The notes below the pieces were generated by a model, which searched no databases, was not told where the DNA came from, and saw only the letters and a program-made list of their open reading frames with translations. Both the position numbers and the translations under genes were made by a program. From Eledone cirrhosa (lineage: Eukaryota): a stretch of 64,000 nucleotides of DNA. Position 1 is the first letter of the stretch. Every line of letters begins with the position of its first letter. The stretch is taken from contig OZ024744.1 of NCBI GenBank assembly GCA_964016885.1, positions 34,472,001 to 34,536,000 of the forward strand. The letters are read 5' to 3'. Positions 52,138 through 64,000 of the stretch are shown in pieces.

Positions 52138-52922
52138 AAAGTATATATATATATGCACACGTACATATATATATATACATATATATATACACACACATCT
52201 ATATATATATATGTATTGAAATTTCCGTTGAAAATAGAAAAGGTCATAGAAGTGAAGAGTGCTCTATGTAAGTACCAGAGCAAAATTTAATGTATAAAAA
52301 TCAATACAATATAATTACCTCATTACCAGAGGTTTCCCGAATGAGGCGAATACGAAAGAAACGTCTTCATTCGTTCGTCAGACGAGGCAATATAAAACAT
52401 GGGTAAATACTTGGAAAGTCTCATCAAGAAAAGCAAAATATATATATATATAGACAAATGAATTACAATATGAAATATATAAAAATCTTTCAAGAAATAT
52501 AGTTAGGTGTGTGTATATGTATGTATATACGCTCACAGATGTGCATATATGTGTATGCACAAATATATACGTATAGTGAAAAAGTGTGCGTAAATATATA
52601 ATTTAGGGCAAATGTATCTGTGCGTCTGTAAACTACAGACAGAATAGATACATCATAAGAATATGAAGGCACGCGCATAAACACACCTACACACACGTAC
52701 ACTTATATGCGGAAGTAAAAGAGGTAAGGGAGTGTAGTAATTAAAGGAAAGTATCAATCTCGATATATTTATAAAAATGGAACAATAATTTAGAAAGAAA
52801 AAATTAAAGAAAAGACAAACAAGGTACACGCATACACACACACGTATATCTCACAAAAGAAACACAAAAATATACATGCTTATATACACACGCACACTTA
52901 CACATCCATACATTCGATACGT

Positions 52923-52976
<54 letters not shown>

Positions 52977-54004
52977 TTACACTCACGCATATTGACCTGT
53001 TTGCATGCACACGCATAAAAATGAGGATGTAAAAAAAGGGATGAAGAAAAAAAGAAAACAAAAAACCTAGATGTAAAAACACGGATATAAAGACACATAC
53101 ACATACATATATATATATATATACACGCACGCGCGCGCACATACGTAGGCGCTCGTGTACATATATAGAAAGTATACACACATTAAGGCGTTCAGACACA
53201 TAGATACAGGGTGTAAAAAACTTGAGGATAAGTATTTACAAATATAAAATTATAAGATTGGCTGCGCAAAAAAAAAAAAAAAAAAAAAATATCTGGAGTG
53301 GAAAACGCAAGTGCCTAGTTTAATCAGTTAGTGAAGAAAATAGGGAAGTAAAAAATGGAAAGTGAAGATATTAGGTAAGTGAATCGGAGAATAGCCGTAT
53401 ATACAATGGCTTTGGTGTTGCATTTACATTGTAAAGGGCATTCACTTTTGATTCTACAGGAGCAATTTTGATTTTCTCTAGGTGATTTTTTGTTGATGAT
53501 ATAGGACTCACCAAAGCCATTGTATATGCGGCTAAAGTGACAACCATCAGCAACAACCATCCAGCCACCAATGAACGATATGTGGGTATGACGCAAGACA
53601 AATTCAAAACGCATTATTACTCACATGTCGCATCCTTTCGACATCCAGAAAAAAGATTTACAACAGCTCTGGCTAGCAGAATTTGGGATTTGAAAGACCA
53701 AGGCATCCAATATAAATTGGATTGGTCAATTTTGAACCAATCTAAAGAATATGCAAGAGGAACAAGAAAATGCACGCTTTGCATAAATGAAAAATATTGG
53801 ATCTTGCAAAATAGTAAATCACCAAAGACCTGAACACAAAGACGGAAATTTTCACCAGTTGCCCACACATGAAATCACACCTGCTTTCCAGCTCATATAA
53901 ACTTAGCACACTTTCAGATACTTCTCCTCCATAAACTCTTATTATTCTCTTTATAATTACACTTTCTGATTTACTTTCATTTTTATCCTTATTATTAATT
54001 TCAT

Positions 54005-54852
54005 TTATTTTTATTTTTATTTTTATTTTTATTTTTATTTTTATTTTTATTTTTATTTTTATTTTTATTTTTATTACTTTTATTTTTATTTTTATTTTTA
54101 TTTTTATTTTTATTTTTATTTTTATTTTTATTTTTATTTTTATTTTTATTTTTATTTTTATTTTTATTTTTATTTTTATTTTTATTTTTATTTTTATTTT
54201 TTTAATTTTAATTTTAATTTTAATTTTTATTTTTATTTTTATTTTTATTTTTATTTTTATTTTTATTTTTATTTTTATTTTTATTTTTATTTTTATATAT
54301 CTTTTATTTTTACTTCACATCCACCAATAACCCCCCCCCCCCTTTATTCTCTGATTCACTTACCTAATATCTTCACTTTCCATTTTTTACTTCCCTATTT
54401 TCTTCACTAACTGATTATGAAGGTCACTTGCGTTTTCCACTCCAGATATTTTTTATTTTTATTTTTATTTTTATTTTTATTTTTATTTTTATTTTTATTT
54501 TTATTTTTATTTTTATTTTTATTTTTATTTTTATTTTTATTTTTATTTTTATTTTTATTTTTATTTTTATTTTTATTTTTATTTTTATTTTTATTTTTAT
54601 TTTTATTTTTATTTTTATTTTTATTTTTATTTTTATTTTTATTTTTATTTTTATTTTTATTTTTATTTTTATTTTTATTTTTATTTTTATTTTTATTTTT
54701 ATTTTTATTTTTATTTTTATTTTTATTTTTATTTTTATTTTTATTTTTATTTTTATTTTTATTTTTATTTTTATTTTTATTTTTATTTTTATTTTTATTT
54801 TTATTTTTATTTTTATTTTTATTTTTATTTTTATTTTTATTTTTATTTTTAT
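54005..54852. repeat. (TTTTTA)n tracts with a ~150-bp local duplication (54300-54455 / 54857-55005)
   Basis: Direct reading. Confidence 0.9.
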
Positions 54853-55326
54853 ATAACTTTTATTTTTACTTCACATCCACCAATAACCCCCCCCTATTCT
54901 CCGATTCACTTACCTAATATCTTCACTTTCCATTTTTTACTTCCCTATTTTCTTCACTAACTGATTATACTAGGCACTTGCGTTTTCCACTCCAGATATT
55001 TTTTATTTTTATTTTTATTTTTTTATTTTTGCGCAGCCAATCTTATAATTTTATATTTGTAAATACTTATCCACAAGTTTTTTACACCCTGTATCTATGT
55101 GTCTGAACGCCTTAATGTGTGTATACTTTCTATATATGTACACGAGCGCCTACGTATGTGCGCGCGCGTGCGTGTATATATATATATGTATGTGTATGTG
55201 TATGTGTCTTTATATCCGTGTTTTTACATCTAGGTTTTTTGTTTTCTTTCTTTTTTCTTCATCCCTTTTTTTACATCCTCATTTTTATGCGTGTGCATGC
55301 AAACAGGTCAATATGCGTGAGTGTAA

Positions 55327-55390
<64 letters not shown>

Positions 55391-55924
55391 ACGTATCGAA
55401 TGTATGGATGTGTAAGTGTGCGTGTGTATATAAGCATGTATATTTTTGTGTTTCTTTTGTGAGATATACGTGTGTGTGTATGCGTGTACCTTGTTTGTCT
55501 TCTTTTCTTTAATTTTTTCTTTCTAAATTATTGTTCCATTTTTATAAATATATCGAGATTGATACTTTCCTTTAATTATTACACTCCCTTACCTCTTTTA
55601 CTTCCGCATATAAGTGTACGTGTGTGTAGGTGTGTTTATGCGCGTGCCTTCATATTCTTATGATGTATCTATTCTGTCTGTAGTTTACAGACACACAGAT
55701 ACATTTGCCCTAAAATATATATTTACGCACACTTTTTCACTATACGTATATATTTGTGCATACACATATATGCACATCTGTGAGCGTATATACATACATA
55801 TACACACACCTAACTATATTTCTTGAAAGATTTTTATATATTTCATATTGTAATTCATTTGTCTATATATATATATATTTTGCTTTTCTTGATGAGACTT
55901 TCCAAGTATTTACCCATGTTTTAT

Positions 55925-56002
55925 ATTGCCTCGTCTGACGAACGAATGAAGACGTTTCTTTCGTATTCGCCTCATTCGGGAAACCTCTGGTAATGAGGTA
56001 AT
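55925..56002 (+). ncRNA. Type I HHR in a PLE pLTR (inverted twin at 52314-52391)
   Basis: AUUGCCUCGU-CUGACGA-ACGAAUGA...UCAUUCGG-GAAA-CCUCUGG-UA-AUGAGGUAAU, with a 10-bp helix I. Confidence 0.9.
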
Positions 56003-56024
56003 TATATTGTATTGATTTTTATAC

Positions 56025-56084
<60 letters not shown>

Positions 56085-56088
<4 letters not shown>

Positions 56089-56300
56089 GTATAATAAACA
56101 ATACAATATAATTACCTCATTACCAGAGGTTTCCCGAATAAGACGAATACGAAAAACGTCCTCATTCGTTCGTCGGACAAGGCAATTTCCTTGTAAATTG
56201 CCTTGTCCGACGAACAAATGAGGACGTTTTTCGTATTCGTCTTATTCGGGAAACCTCTGGTAATGAGGTAATTATATTGTATTGTTTATTATACATTATA
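56085..56300. repeat. Palindrome of two back-to-back HHRs of the same family with a CCGACGA core (56111-56186 minus, 56197-56272 plus)
   Basis: Arms are reverse complements around ~56192 and are divergent relatives of 55925-56002. Confidence 0.8.
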
Positions 56301-57239
56301 TATATAAAGAAAAAAAGGATGAAATCGAAAATGCAACTGGAGTCTTATTTAAAAAAATATATATATATTTATTTGGTTCCTTCACCGGTTTCGCAGTTCT
56401 TCTGCTTTTCAAAAGTAGAGTTGAGATGGAGGGTCTCTGGTTTTTCTCACATCTGTGAGAAAAACCACTCGTGAAGGACACCTCGGTTATTTTTCATTTT
56501 GTAAAAAACCTCACTTTCCAATAATATATATATATATATAGGCATACACTCACATGTATACATATGTACGTATGGCTTATATCGAACATTAATAATTATG
56601 TTCGATTCGTTTGTAAATAAACGACCTGATTTGAAGCTGTGTTGTGCCGGTGACTGATTGTTTTCCGTACAAAATCCCGCGAATTCCACAAGGGTCAAGA
56701 GTGAAGAAAAATAAAGCTATTTGCTTTATGGGGGTGTATAGGTTTCCTTGCATGGCAACAGAAACTGTTCAAAGATGTTTCTTGATATGATAAGTGGATT
56801 TGATGTAAGATCTTCATCTTTATATATCCCATCTAAACTTATGCTTATAGTTTACATTACGGAAACTTTGTAAAAAGGCTTTTTACCTCCATGCTAGAAA
56901 TGCTGCTAGCGATGTTAGATTGCCGTAAAATATCTCTGAATTCAACGGATTGTCATATATCATATCCCTCTGATGTATATTTCCTTTTGATACCATTTCG
57001 TTGTTTAGCGTTTCTATCAGTATATGTATTGATTCGTAAGATTTTAGGTCGAAGGAGCTTATATTGAGTCTTTGCATAGTCAAAGATGTATACTAGTCTG
57101 CACTCTCTTCCTATGAATGGGCTAGGCCTCTTTAAGAAATTTCTCAACGAGGAGCAAGTCTGCTTTCTGGACGCTTGGGATAGATGGGGCGCCTTTCATA
57201 ATTCAAAGGGCGCGGGAGGGTTATTTTTTATTTTCAAAT

Positions 57240-58533
57240 AAGGAGAGGAGTGAGACTGCTCCAAATATAGTGGGATCTCCTTGTTTAAACACACCGGTAA
57301 AGTCTATGTTAAGTGCCTGGCAAAGGGATGTAGGGACATTGTCGAGTCCAAGCTGACGAAAAGGCATATGACCAGGATGGTGTGGAAGGTTCTGCGGGGT
57401 CATCGGATCTATGGTCAGCTTCATGTTATACTGATGACCTATGCGAATGCCCCAGTATCTGTGATCAGATAACTGGTGCTAAATTGAAACCATTCAATTT
57501 GGGTGTCAGACTCTGCCAAGAGTGCGTCATGACACCTATTCTGTTCATAATTGTTTCTACTTTTGGCACAAGGCCAGCAATTACCCAGTGTATTACTGGT
57601 ACTATATTTTATCGACCCCGTAAGGATGAAAGGCAAAGTTAACCTCGGTGGGACTTTCATAATATTGACAGGATTGACATATATAGCCGGGCTGGAAGTG
57701 GTATCAAGACAGGAGAGTGTAGGATCAATCGGCTGAATTTGCGGGCAACATGGTATTATTTAACTCGTCAGAAGGTGATCTCCAAGATGCACTTTGATTG
57801 ATTTAATGCCTGGTGTTGTATGGCAGGAATAAAAATCGGTGCTGCAAAGACTAAGCCACTCGTCCTCTCAAGGAAGCCTGCGCAGTGCACCTTACAAGTG
57901 AATGGAGTTCCACTGAAATAGGTAGAGAAGTGCAATTGCTTCGGGGCCAGGTTCACTGATTAAGTGCAAGAATTGCAGGAGCTGGTGCAGTATTGCGCCA
58001 GCTACAGCATTCGGTCATCAGAAGTAGGGCGGTAAATGTAAAAGCCAAACTCGCTTTGTTCAAGCGGCCGAAATGGTGTTCCTTCGCGGGATAGAGTGGG
58101 TAGCTCGGAGATCAGAAAGTCGCTGCAGGTAGAGCTGCTACTTCTCTGAATTGAGAGAACATAGTTCCGATACTATGGACATGTCGAAAGAAGGAATAGC
58201 TGGACAGATTTGATTGGCAAAACCAACTGGCAGGAGATCCAGGGGTAAACCCTGAGTAAGATGTTTGGATAACCTCCATGAGTTTGACTGGGCTCACTTG
58301 GGGATCCTGTTTTGGGTGAATTAGAGACAGTTGCTACTGACAGGACCCGCTGGAAGGCGTGTTTGAGGACTTTGCCCCCACGACCCTCTCGGGAATAAAT
58401 GGGCGGCGAAGAAGAAGAAGAAGAAGAAGAAGAAGAAGAAGAAGAAGAAGAAGAAGAAGAAGACGAAGAAGAAGAAGAAGAAGAAGAAGAAGAAGAAGAA
58501 GAAGAAGAAGAAGAAGAAGAAGAAGAAGAAGAA
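57240..58533 (+). mobile_element. Degenerate RTE-like LINE with a (GAA)n tail, interrupted by a SINE (57548-57652, minus)
   Basis: LKPFNLGVRLCQECVMTPILFII (RT motif remnant); similar to 46050-46400. GAA tract at 58408-58533. Confidence 0.7.
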
Positions 58534-59419
58534 GCGTTCATCAAATTCCCCGAGGCCCTCCACTATGCTAGATGTGCCCCTATGTATGGGAAAGAGATTG
58601 ATTCAATTTAAGCGTTTGTAACGGCACGGCGAATTTTGCAGAGTCGTTTGAACGTTGGATAGAATGCTTTGCAATATTCGGCACGCTGCTCTCTGAGTTC
58701 AAATCCCAACGAGGTTAACTTTACCGTTCATCCATTCGAGGTCGGTAACATGTACCAGTCTAGTACTGGGATCGATTCTTCCTCTATATCCCCCCCCCCG
58801 CCTTCCAATCTCCCACTCTCTCTATCTTTCTCTGGAAGAAACTGTTGTATTCAAACCTGGAGAGTAGATGGGCTCCGCCAGGTTTTAAAAATGCTCTAAC
58901 ACCGTATGTTAACACGGTGTCCTCACCCCTTAGCGGGTGCAGGACCATCCATCCGTTAACGATGGTTAATTCATTAAGTTTAATTTTTAGTTGGAGCCAT
59001 GTGGATGAATTTGCTGTTATCGCGCAGCATATTGATGATCTTTTGTAATGTATTCGCCATTGCTTATATTAACTAACAGATTGCTCTTATCTCGTTTACT
59101 TTATCGCTAGTTTTCAAATCCTGTAAAGCTAGTTCAGGATTCATCAGCGTTTTCGCACTTCCTTCGTTTTTATATCTTTGTTAACTGGCTTCACAGTTGA
59201 ATAAAACACGTTATTTGCTATCGATGTTTTATTTATTTATTTCATTCGATATTTACTATACTTTATCACTAAGTCTTGAGAGACTGATAAAAAGTAATTA
59301 GCACGTCAATATTCCTATCTTAATCAAGGGCCTTTGTGACATCTTCAAATAAATGTAGACACACAAGAAAAGACAGTAGAATGATGATGCTTCTCTCTTT
59401 CGCTTGTTCTTTCAGGCTT

Positions 59420-59752
59420 TTGCTCATTATTTCCTTCTTTCTTTTTTTTTCTTTCCTTCCTCGCTTCGTTCCTTCTTTCTTCTTTCTTCTTTCTTCCTTT
59501 TCTTTCCTTCCTCGTTTCGTTCCTTCTTTCTTCTTTTTCTTTCCTTACTCGTTTCGTTCCTTCTTTCTTCCGTTTCTTTCTTTTCTCATTTCGTTCCTTC
59601 TTTCTTCTTTTTCTTTCCTTCCTCGCTTCGTTCCTTATTTCTTCTTTCTTGCTTTTATTTCCTTCCTTATTTCGTTCCTTCTTTCTTATTTCTTCTTTTT
59701 CTTTCCTTCCTCGCGTCGTTCCTTCTTTCGTGCCTTTCGTGCCTTCTTCCTT
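59420..59752. repeat. Pyrimidine-rich degenerate minisatellite
   Basis: Recurrent TTCCTTCCTCGCTTCGTTCCTTCTTTC units. Confidence 0.8.
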
Positions 59753-59869
59753 TCCCAGGAGGAAAGCTCAGGATATCTTTGAGAACTTAGTTGTTGAGTG
59801 AATCAACCAAGTTTGTTATCTTAGGATAATATAAAATTGCAAAATATAAAAATAAGGGCTTCTGATTTA

Positions 59870-60065
59870 GGTGCAATGCCAACAAATTTTTGAGGAAAGG
59901 AAAGTCGATTAAATCGATCCCAGTGCATTACTGGTACTTTATTTTATCGACACCGTAGCGATGAAATTCAAAACTAACCTCGACCTGATTTGAACTCAGA
60001 ACATAAAGGGACATAACTATATACCACAAAACATGTTGTCCGACGCACGAGCAATACTACCAATC
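59870..60065 (-). mobile_element. Diverged tRNA-derived SINE (related copy at 58650-58780, plus)
   Basis: Minus-strand B box GAGTTCAAATC and shared GTCGATAAAATAAAGTACCAG segment. Confidence 0.7.
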
Positions 60066-60599
60066 CACTGCAAAAAATTAAAATAATTAAATAATAAAAA
60101 TAATGAAATAATAAAAATAATGAAATAATAGTAGTAATAGTAATTATAATAGTAAATAAATAAAATAAATTATAAATAGACTTCAAGAGTATTTCAATAG
60201 AGAAATTATTTCAACGGTGCTAATAAATCGTGAAAATATTGTGGACTCTGCTGTGAAAAGTTAACTTCAATTTTACGGTAAGGTAAATTACTCGATACTT
60301 GGGATAGTAGAGTATGGTAATATGAAAGAGTCGGGACCCCGACGGTTGAGCTCTTGCCGTTAAAACAGCTGGTTCCAGATTGAATAGCTGATGTTTTGGC
60401 GGTGGAATAAACTGTATTCATTTTGAGATTCCATTGTCCAAAATTTGGGCATACACTCTATACCCAATTGTAAAAAAATGTTTACGAAAGTCTCTGGGTT
60501 TTTTTTTGAGGCTGGGGTGGGGTGGCTGTTTGTGGTTGTGTGTATACAAACATTTGGCTTAGTGATTGTTCTTATGTAAGTATGCGTGTGATTAACTTT

Positions 60600-61750
60600 A
60601 TGTATTCTAGTTTATCCAAGTCGACATCGAAAATTACTACGCCTCTATTACCCAACCACACGTTCGGATGGGATTTGTACAGAGACCACGGACTCGTAAT
60701 TCTTATTGGATACAATAAAACCCCAGTAGTATAGACTGGGTCCGTAAACACCTCATCAAGTTCTTTCATGAATTATGTTTCAGAGTCCATACAAACGTCC
60801 ATTATCTGTGCGAACTTCTTGGACGTGGCCCTAAATTTGGAGACTGTAACACCCCTTCAGGAAACCAAACGAGAACTTACACTACATCCACCGATTTTCT
60901 AACCATCCAAGAAATATTACTAATAATTTGGTGAACAAAAATCTCCCTCCGCATATCACGCTTGTCTGCAAACGAGCAGATATTCAAGGAACACGCGCTG
61001 CACTACAACCAGGCCCTAAAAAAAGCGGATTCAAGGAGGAACTTACATGTTACCCAAACACCACTAGCTGAACCAGTAGGCAGAGCCACGGCTCACGCCA
61101 TATAACGGAGTTCAATCCTCCTCACAACGCTGAAGTCACTACATCAATTGGGAAGATCTTGCGCAGACTTCTTTATAAGCACTTCCCACCACATCGTCGC
61201 TACCACAATATCTTCAACAAAAACACTATTAAACTTTCTTAAACCACCACACCCAACTTCGCACAAATCATTGCTTCCTCTAACACAGCCAAACTCCATT
61301 CTAACAGACACAATTCGGAACTCGGTGAGGAGCCACCCATGCAACGTAATTGTTTGGATAAATCACTTTGCCCTCTTAACAACATATGCCGGCAACTTAA
61401 CATTGTTTACAAGTGAAACGTTACGACGGAACATACCTACAAATCCTCATCAGATTAACCACCTGTGAGTTCAAGGCAAGGTATTACCAACATCAATATT
61501 CGTTTAAAAAAACCCCGGCCCGGCGAAATGCTACAATATTATCTAGCCATATTTGGAACCTACACGACAAAAATATCACCTATGAAATAAAATGGAGCCC
61601 TTGTCCAAATCCACATTTTACACAGGAGGACGCTGTCAGTGCATTTTATGCTCCGAGGAAACAATCCAAATGCTGTTCGCCAAGGAACAATTATTAAATA
61701 AAAAGGATGAACTTGTTACCTCGTGCAAACACCGGATCTATAAAACATCT
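60600..61750 (+). mobile_element. Degenerate Nematis-like PLE with deletions
   Basis: FIQVDIENYYASIT, LYRDHGL, NFLDVALNL, FNPPHN, FKARYYQH..LSSHIWNL, CILCSEE..LLNKKDELVTSCKH. Confidence 0.85.
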
Positions 61751-62929
61751 CAGTTTCAGGCCTTCTCACGATCCGGGTGGGTGAAATATTCCTAACATTC
61801 TTTGTGCATACACACTATGAAACAGGGGCCCTAGGGACCCCAAGTACCTCCGCAAACGCATCCCTAGTTATCTAGAGAACATACGCGCCTATATACACAC
61901 ACAGTTTTAGCTCTTATAGAAGTATTCAAATGGACAGTTACATACCAGTAAATATACACCTTCATTAAAACTAAAGTATTAGCACATGAGACAAGTACAT
62001 AAACTGCCCATCTTGTACCTACCCACACATACAATCATTCAGCCACATTAATATATTCCCAAGAGGCACTCATACATAGACTTGACTCTTATCGAGGTTT
62101 TTGAGTGTTCTGTAACATAGCTAAACACACAAACCATCAATAAAACTAAATGACTAATTCAGGAAATAAGTACATAGGCTTCTAACTACCCGAACTACAC
62201 ATCCAACCTTTCAGCCACTTAGACATACCCCCAAAGAGATATCTACCTCTACATTTCCTACTACAGCGGCGTTAGTGTGTACACCTACTCTAGTACTCCA
62301 CGTCAGGAAAATATTTACCGTTTTACATGCATATAACTCCCCACCCCTCACCTTCTAACAAAAACCTTCCTTATATAAATACGCACCTACCAATATAATA
62401 TAGGCCCTCATAGAGCATTGATAATTAGCAATTACCCTTTTTTACCTATTCCAGAAGATAAACTTGTTTTAAAATGTGGGGGTCGAAAGGGAAAAAAGCA
62501 TTTTGGATATAGAGCTGTGCGCGTGAGCATGTGTATATGTGTGTGTTTCTTACACGTCCGTCTGAAGCTAAGAAGATATGTAAGTATAAGAATGTATGTG
62601 TATGTGTATGTGTGTGTCTGTGTCTGTGTGTTTGTAAGTGCCAAGCTGTGAGCATATGTGTGTGTGTGTATAAGTGTGTGTTTGTTTGTAAGTGCGAAGC
62701 TTTGAGCAAATGAGTGTGTATATAATGGTGTGTGTGTGTGTATAAGGGTGTGTGTGTGTGTTTTAGTTGTTGGGATGTGTGTGTTTTGTTGGTCTGTATA
62801 AGTTGTAAGAGTATGTTTCCGACCATAACAGAGCCAAAGGAACTAGGGGGTAAATGTATTCACGCGTATGTGACAATGGACGAGGTAAGGGTGACAGTGG
62901 CTATGGGTAGACAAATAAGCATGAGCGTA

Positions 62930-63405
62930 TGTGTGTAGGATTAAAGAAATTGGGGAGGGGAGTTGAGTCCATTGAGGAAACTGGACCCAAGGTGGAAAAT
63001 CAGACTCTGTTCAGTCCTGGTAGGTGAGACCTGTGATCCGTGATTTGAAAGGACACCAAGGACTGAGACAGGTAGGGAAGAGTGATTTGGGGAATGGAAA
63101 TGTCAAGCACGGGAGTATCCATTCCGAGACGTATATCCCTCAAATGCTCAGCAAAACGGTTCGACAAACGGCGTCCCGTTTGTCCGATGTATAAGGACCC
63201 GCAAAGGGAACACCGGAGGGTGTAGAATACGTAGAGGTGCAGGTGAAGGAGTGGCGGATACGGAGTGAACCATTGGTGCATGTAAGAGTGGTGAGGTTAG
63301 AAAAGAAATGACAGGTGTTACAGCGGTGGCGAGAACAGGGGAGAGAGCAGGGTGGAGTCCTAGGAGAGGACGGAAAGGAACTACGTACCAGGAGGTGGCG
63401 GAAAT
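62930..63405 (-). mobile_element. Neptune-like PLE GIY-YIG fragment
   Basis: VFYTLRCSLCGSLYIGQTGRRLSNRFAEHLRDIR. Similar to 14230-14700. Confidence 0.85.
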
Positions 63406-63600
63406 TATATATATATAAATGAAAATATAGAAATTATTGTGAGCGTGAAGCCAACAGTATTCCATAATACATAAGTGACTATAACGTCAAAATGGAAAAT
63501 GATTAACGGAAGATGTGGGAAAATAATTCAAACTCAATTTTTAAAAAATCAAGACAGATTTTATCCACAGATTTTGTGAAATCCAGGGATATATATATAT

Positions 63601-63651
<51 letters not shown>

Positions 63652-64000
63652 TAGATAAATACATAGAGTGAGGGAAAGAGAGGCAGGTGGGTTGATATGT
63701 ATGTATGTAGAGATAGAGAGAAAGAGAGAAAGAGAGAGGGTGTAGATAGAAAGATGTATAGTGAATTAAATAAAGAAAGTGAGAAAGAAGAATATATCTA
63801 CAGAGAATTAGTTAAACACAAATCAACGAGGCAGTCAGTTTGACACAAAATCAGATAGCTATTTTCTTAAGTACACTGATATCCAATAATTTTTATAGGA
63901 TATATCTTAATTATCATATCCCAAAATTTCATATATTAAATTTATTGAAAAATATATAACACTCGGAGAGGTATATATAATATTTAACAATCAATACATA

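Larger units (their letters stand above)
52290..56026 (+). mobile_element. 5'-truncated Nematis-like PLE with a 1.1-kb inverted copy of its 3' region and pLTR at the 5' end
   Basis: GIY-YIG fragment 53509-53933 (IVY..YVGMTQDKFKTHYYSH..CTLCINEK). Arms are 52290-53391 and 54895-56026. Confidence 0.88.

Noticed and set aside
56883-57150. Short minus-strand ORFs ending at a donor-like site
   Set aside because: No recognisable homology or consistent open frame.
59100-59150. Minus-strand CUGAUGA-AUCCUG/CAGGAU-UU-GAAA
   Set aside because: Extra bases before GAAA and an out-of-register helix I.

Overview
AT-rich, (TA)n-dense eukaryotic DNA made almost entirely of nested transposon debris. I found no convincing host gene. 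The recurring tRNA-derived SINE and the microsatellite load suggest a coleoid cephalopod such as octopus (inference). The window holds a degenerate ~7.6 kb Helitron plus the tail of a second copy, six Penelope-like elements (PLEs) or large fragments from at least three lineages, two L1/Tx1 3' fragments, RTE, CRE-like and R4-like LINE fragments, and about ten SINEs. The main result is more than 30 hammerhead-ribozyme (HHR) motifs, read by eye on both strands. Some sit in PLE pseudo-LTRs (pLTRs). Others sit in two non-coding tandem families (310 nt and ~420-450 nt monomers, one HHR per monomer) that look like non-LTR retrozymes able to release circular RNAs. Many sit in fold-back inverted repeats that put a ribozyme on each strand. 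Several carry non-canonical cores (compensated U3-A8, CCGA or CAGA, or long helix II inserts). A covarying two-hairpin domain links two divergent families. All structures are manual predictions and repeat boundaries are approximate.
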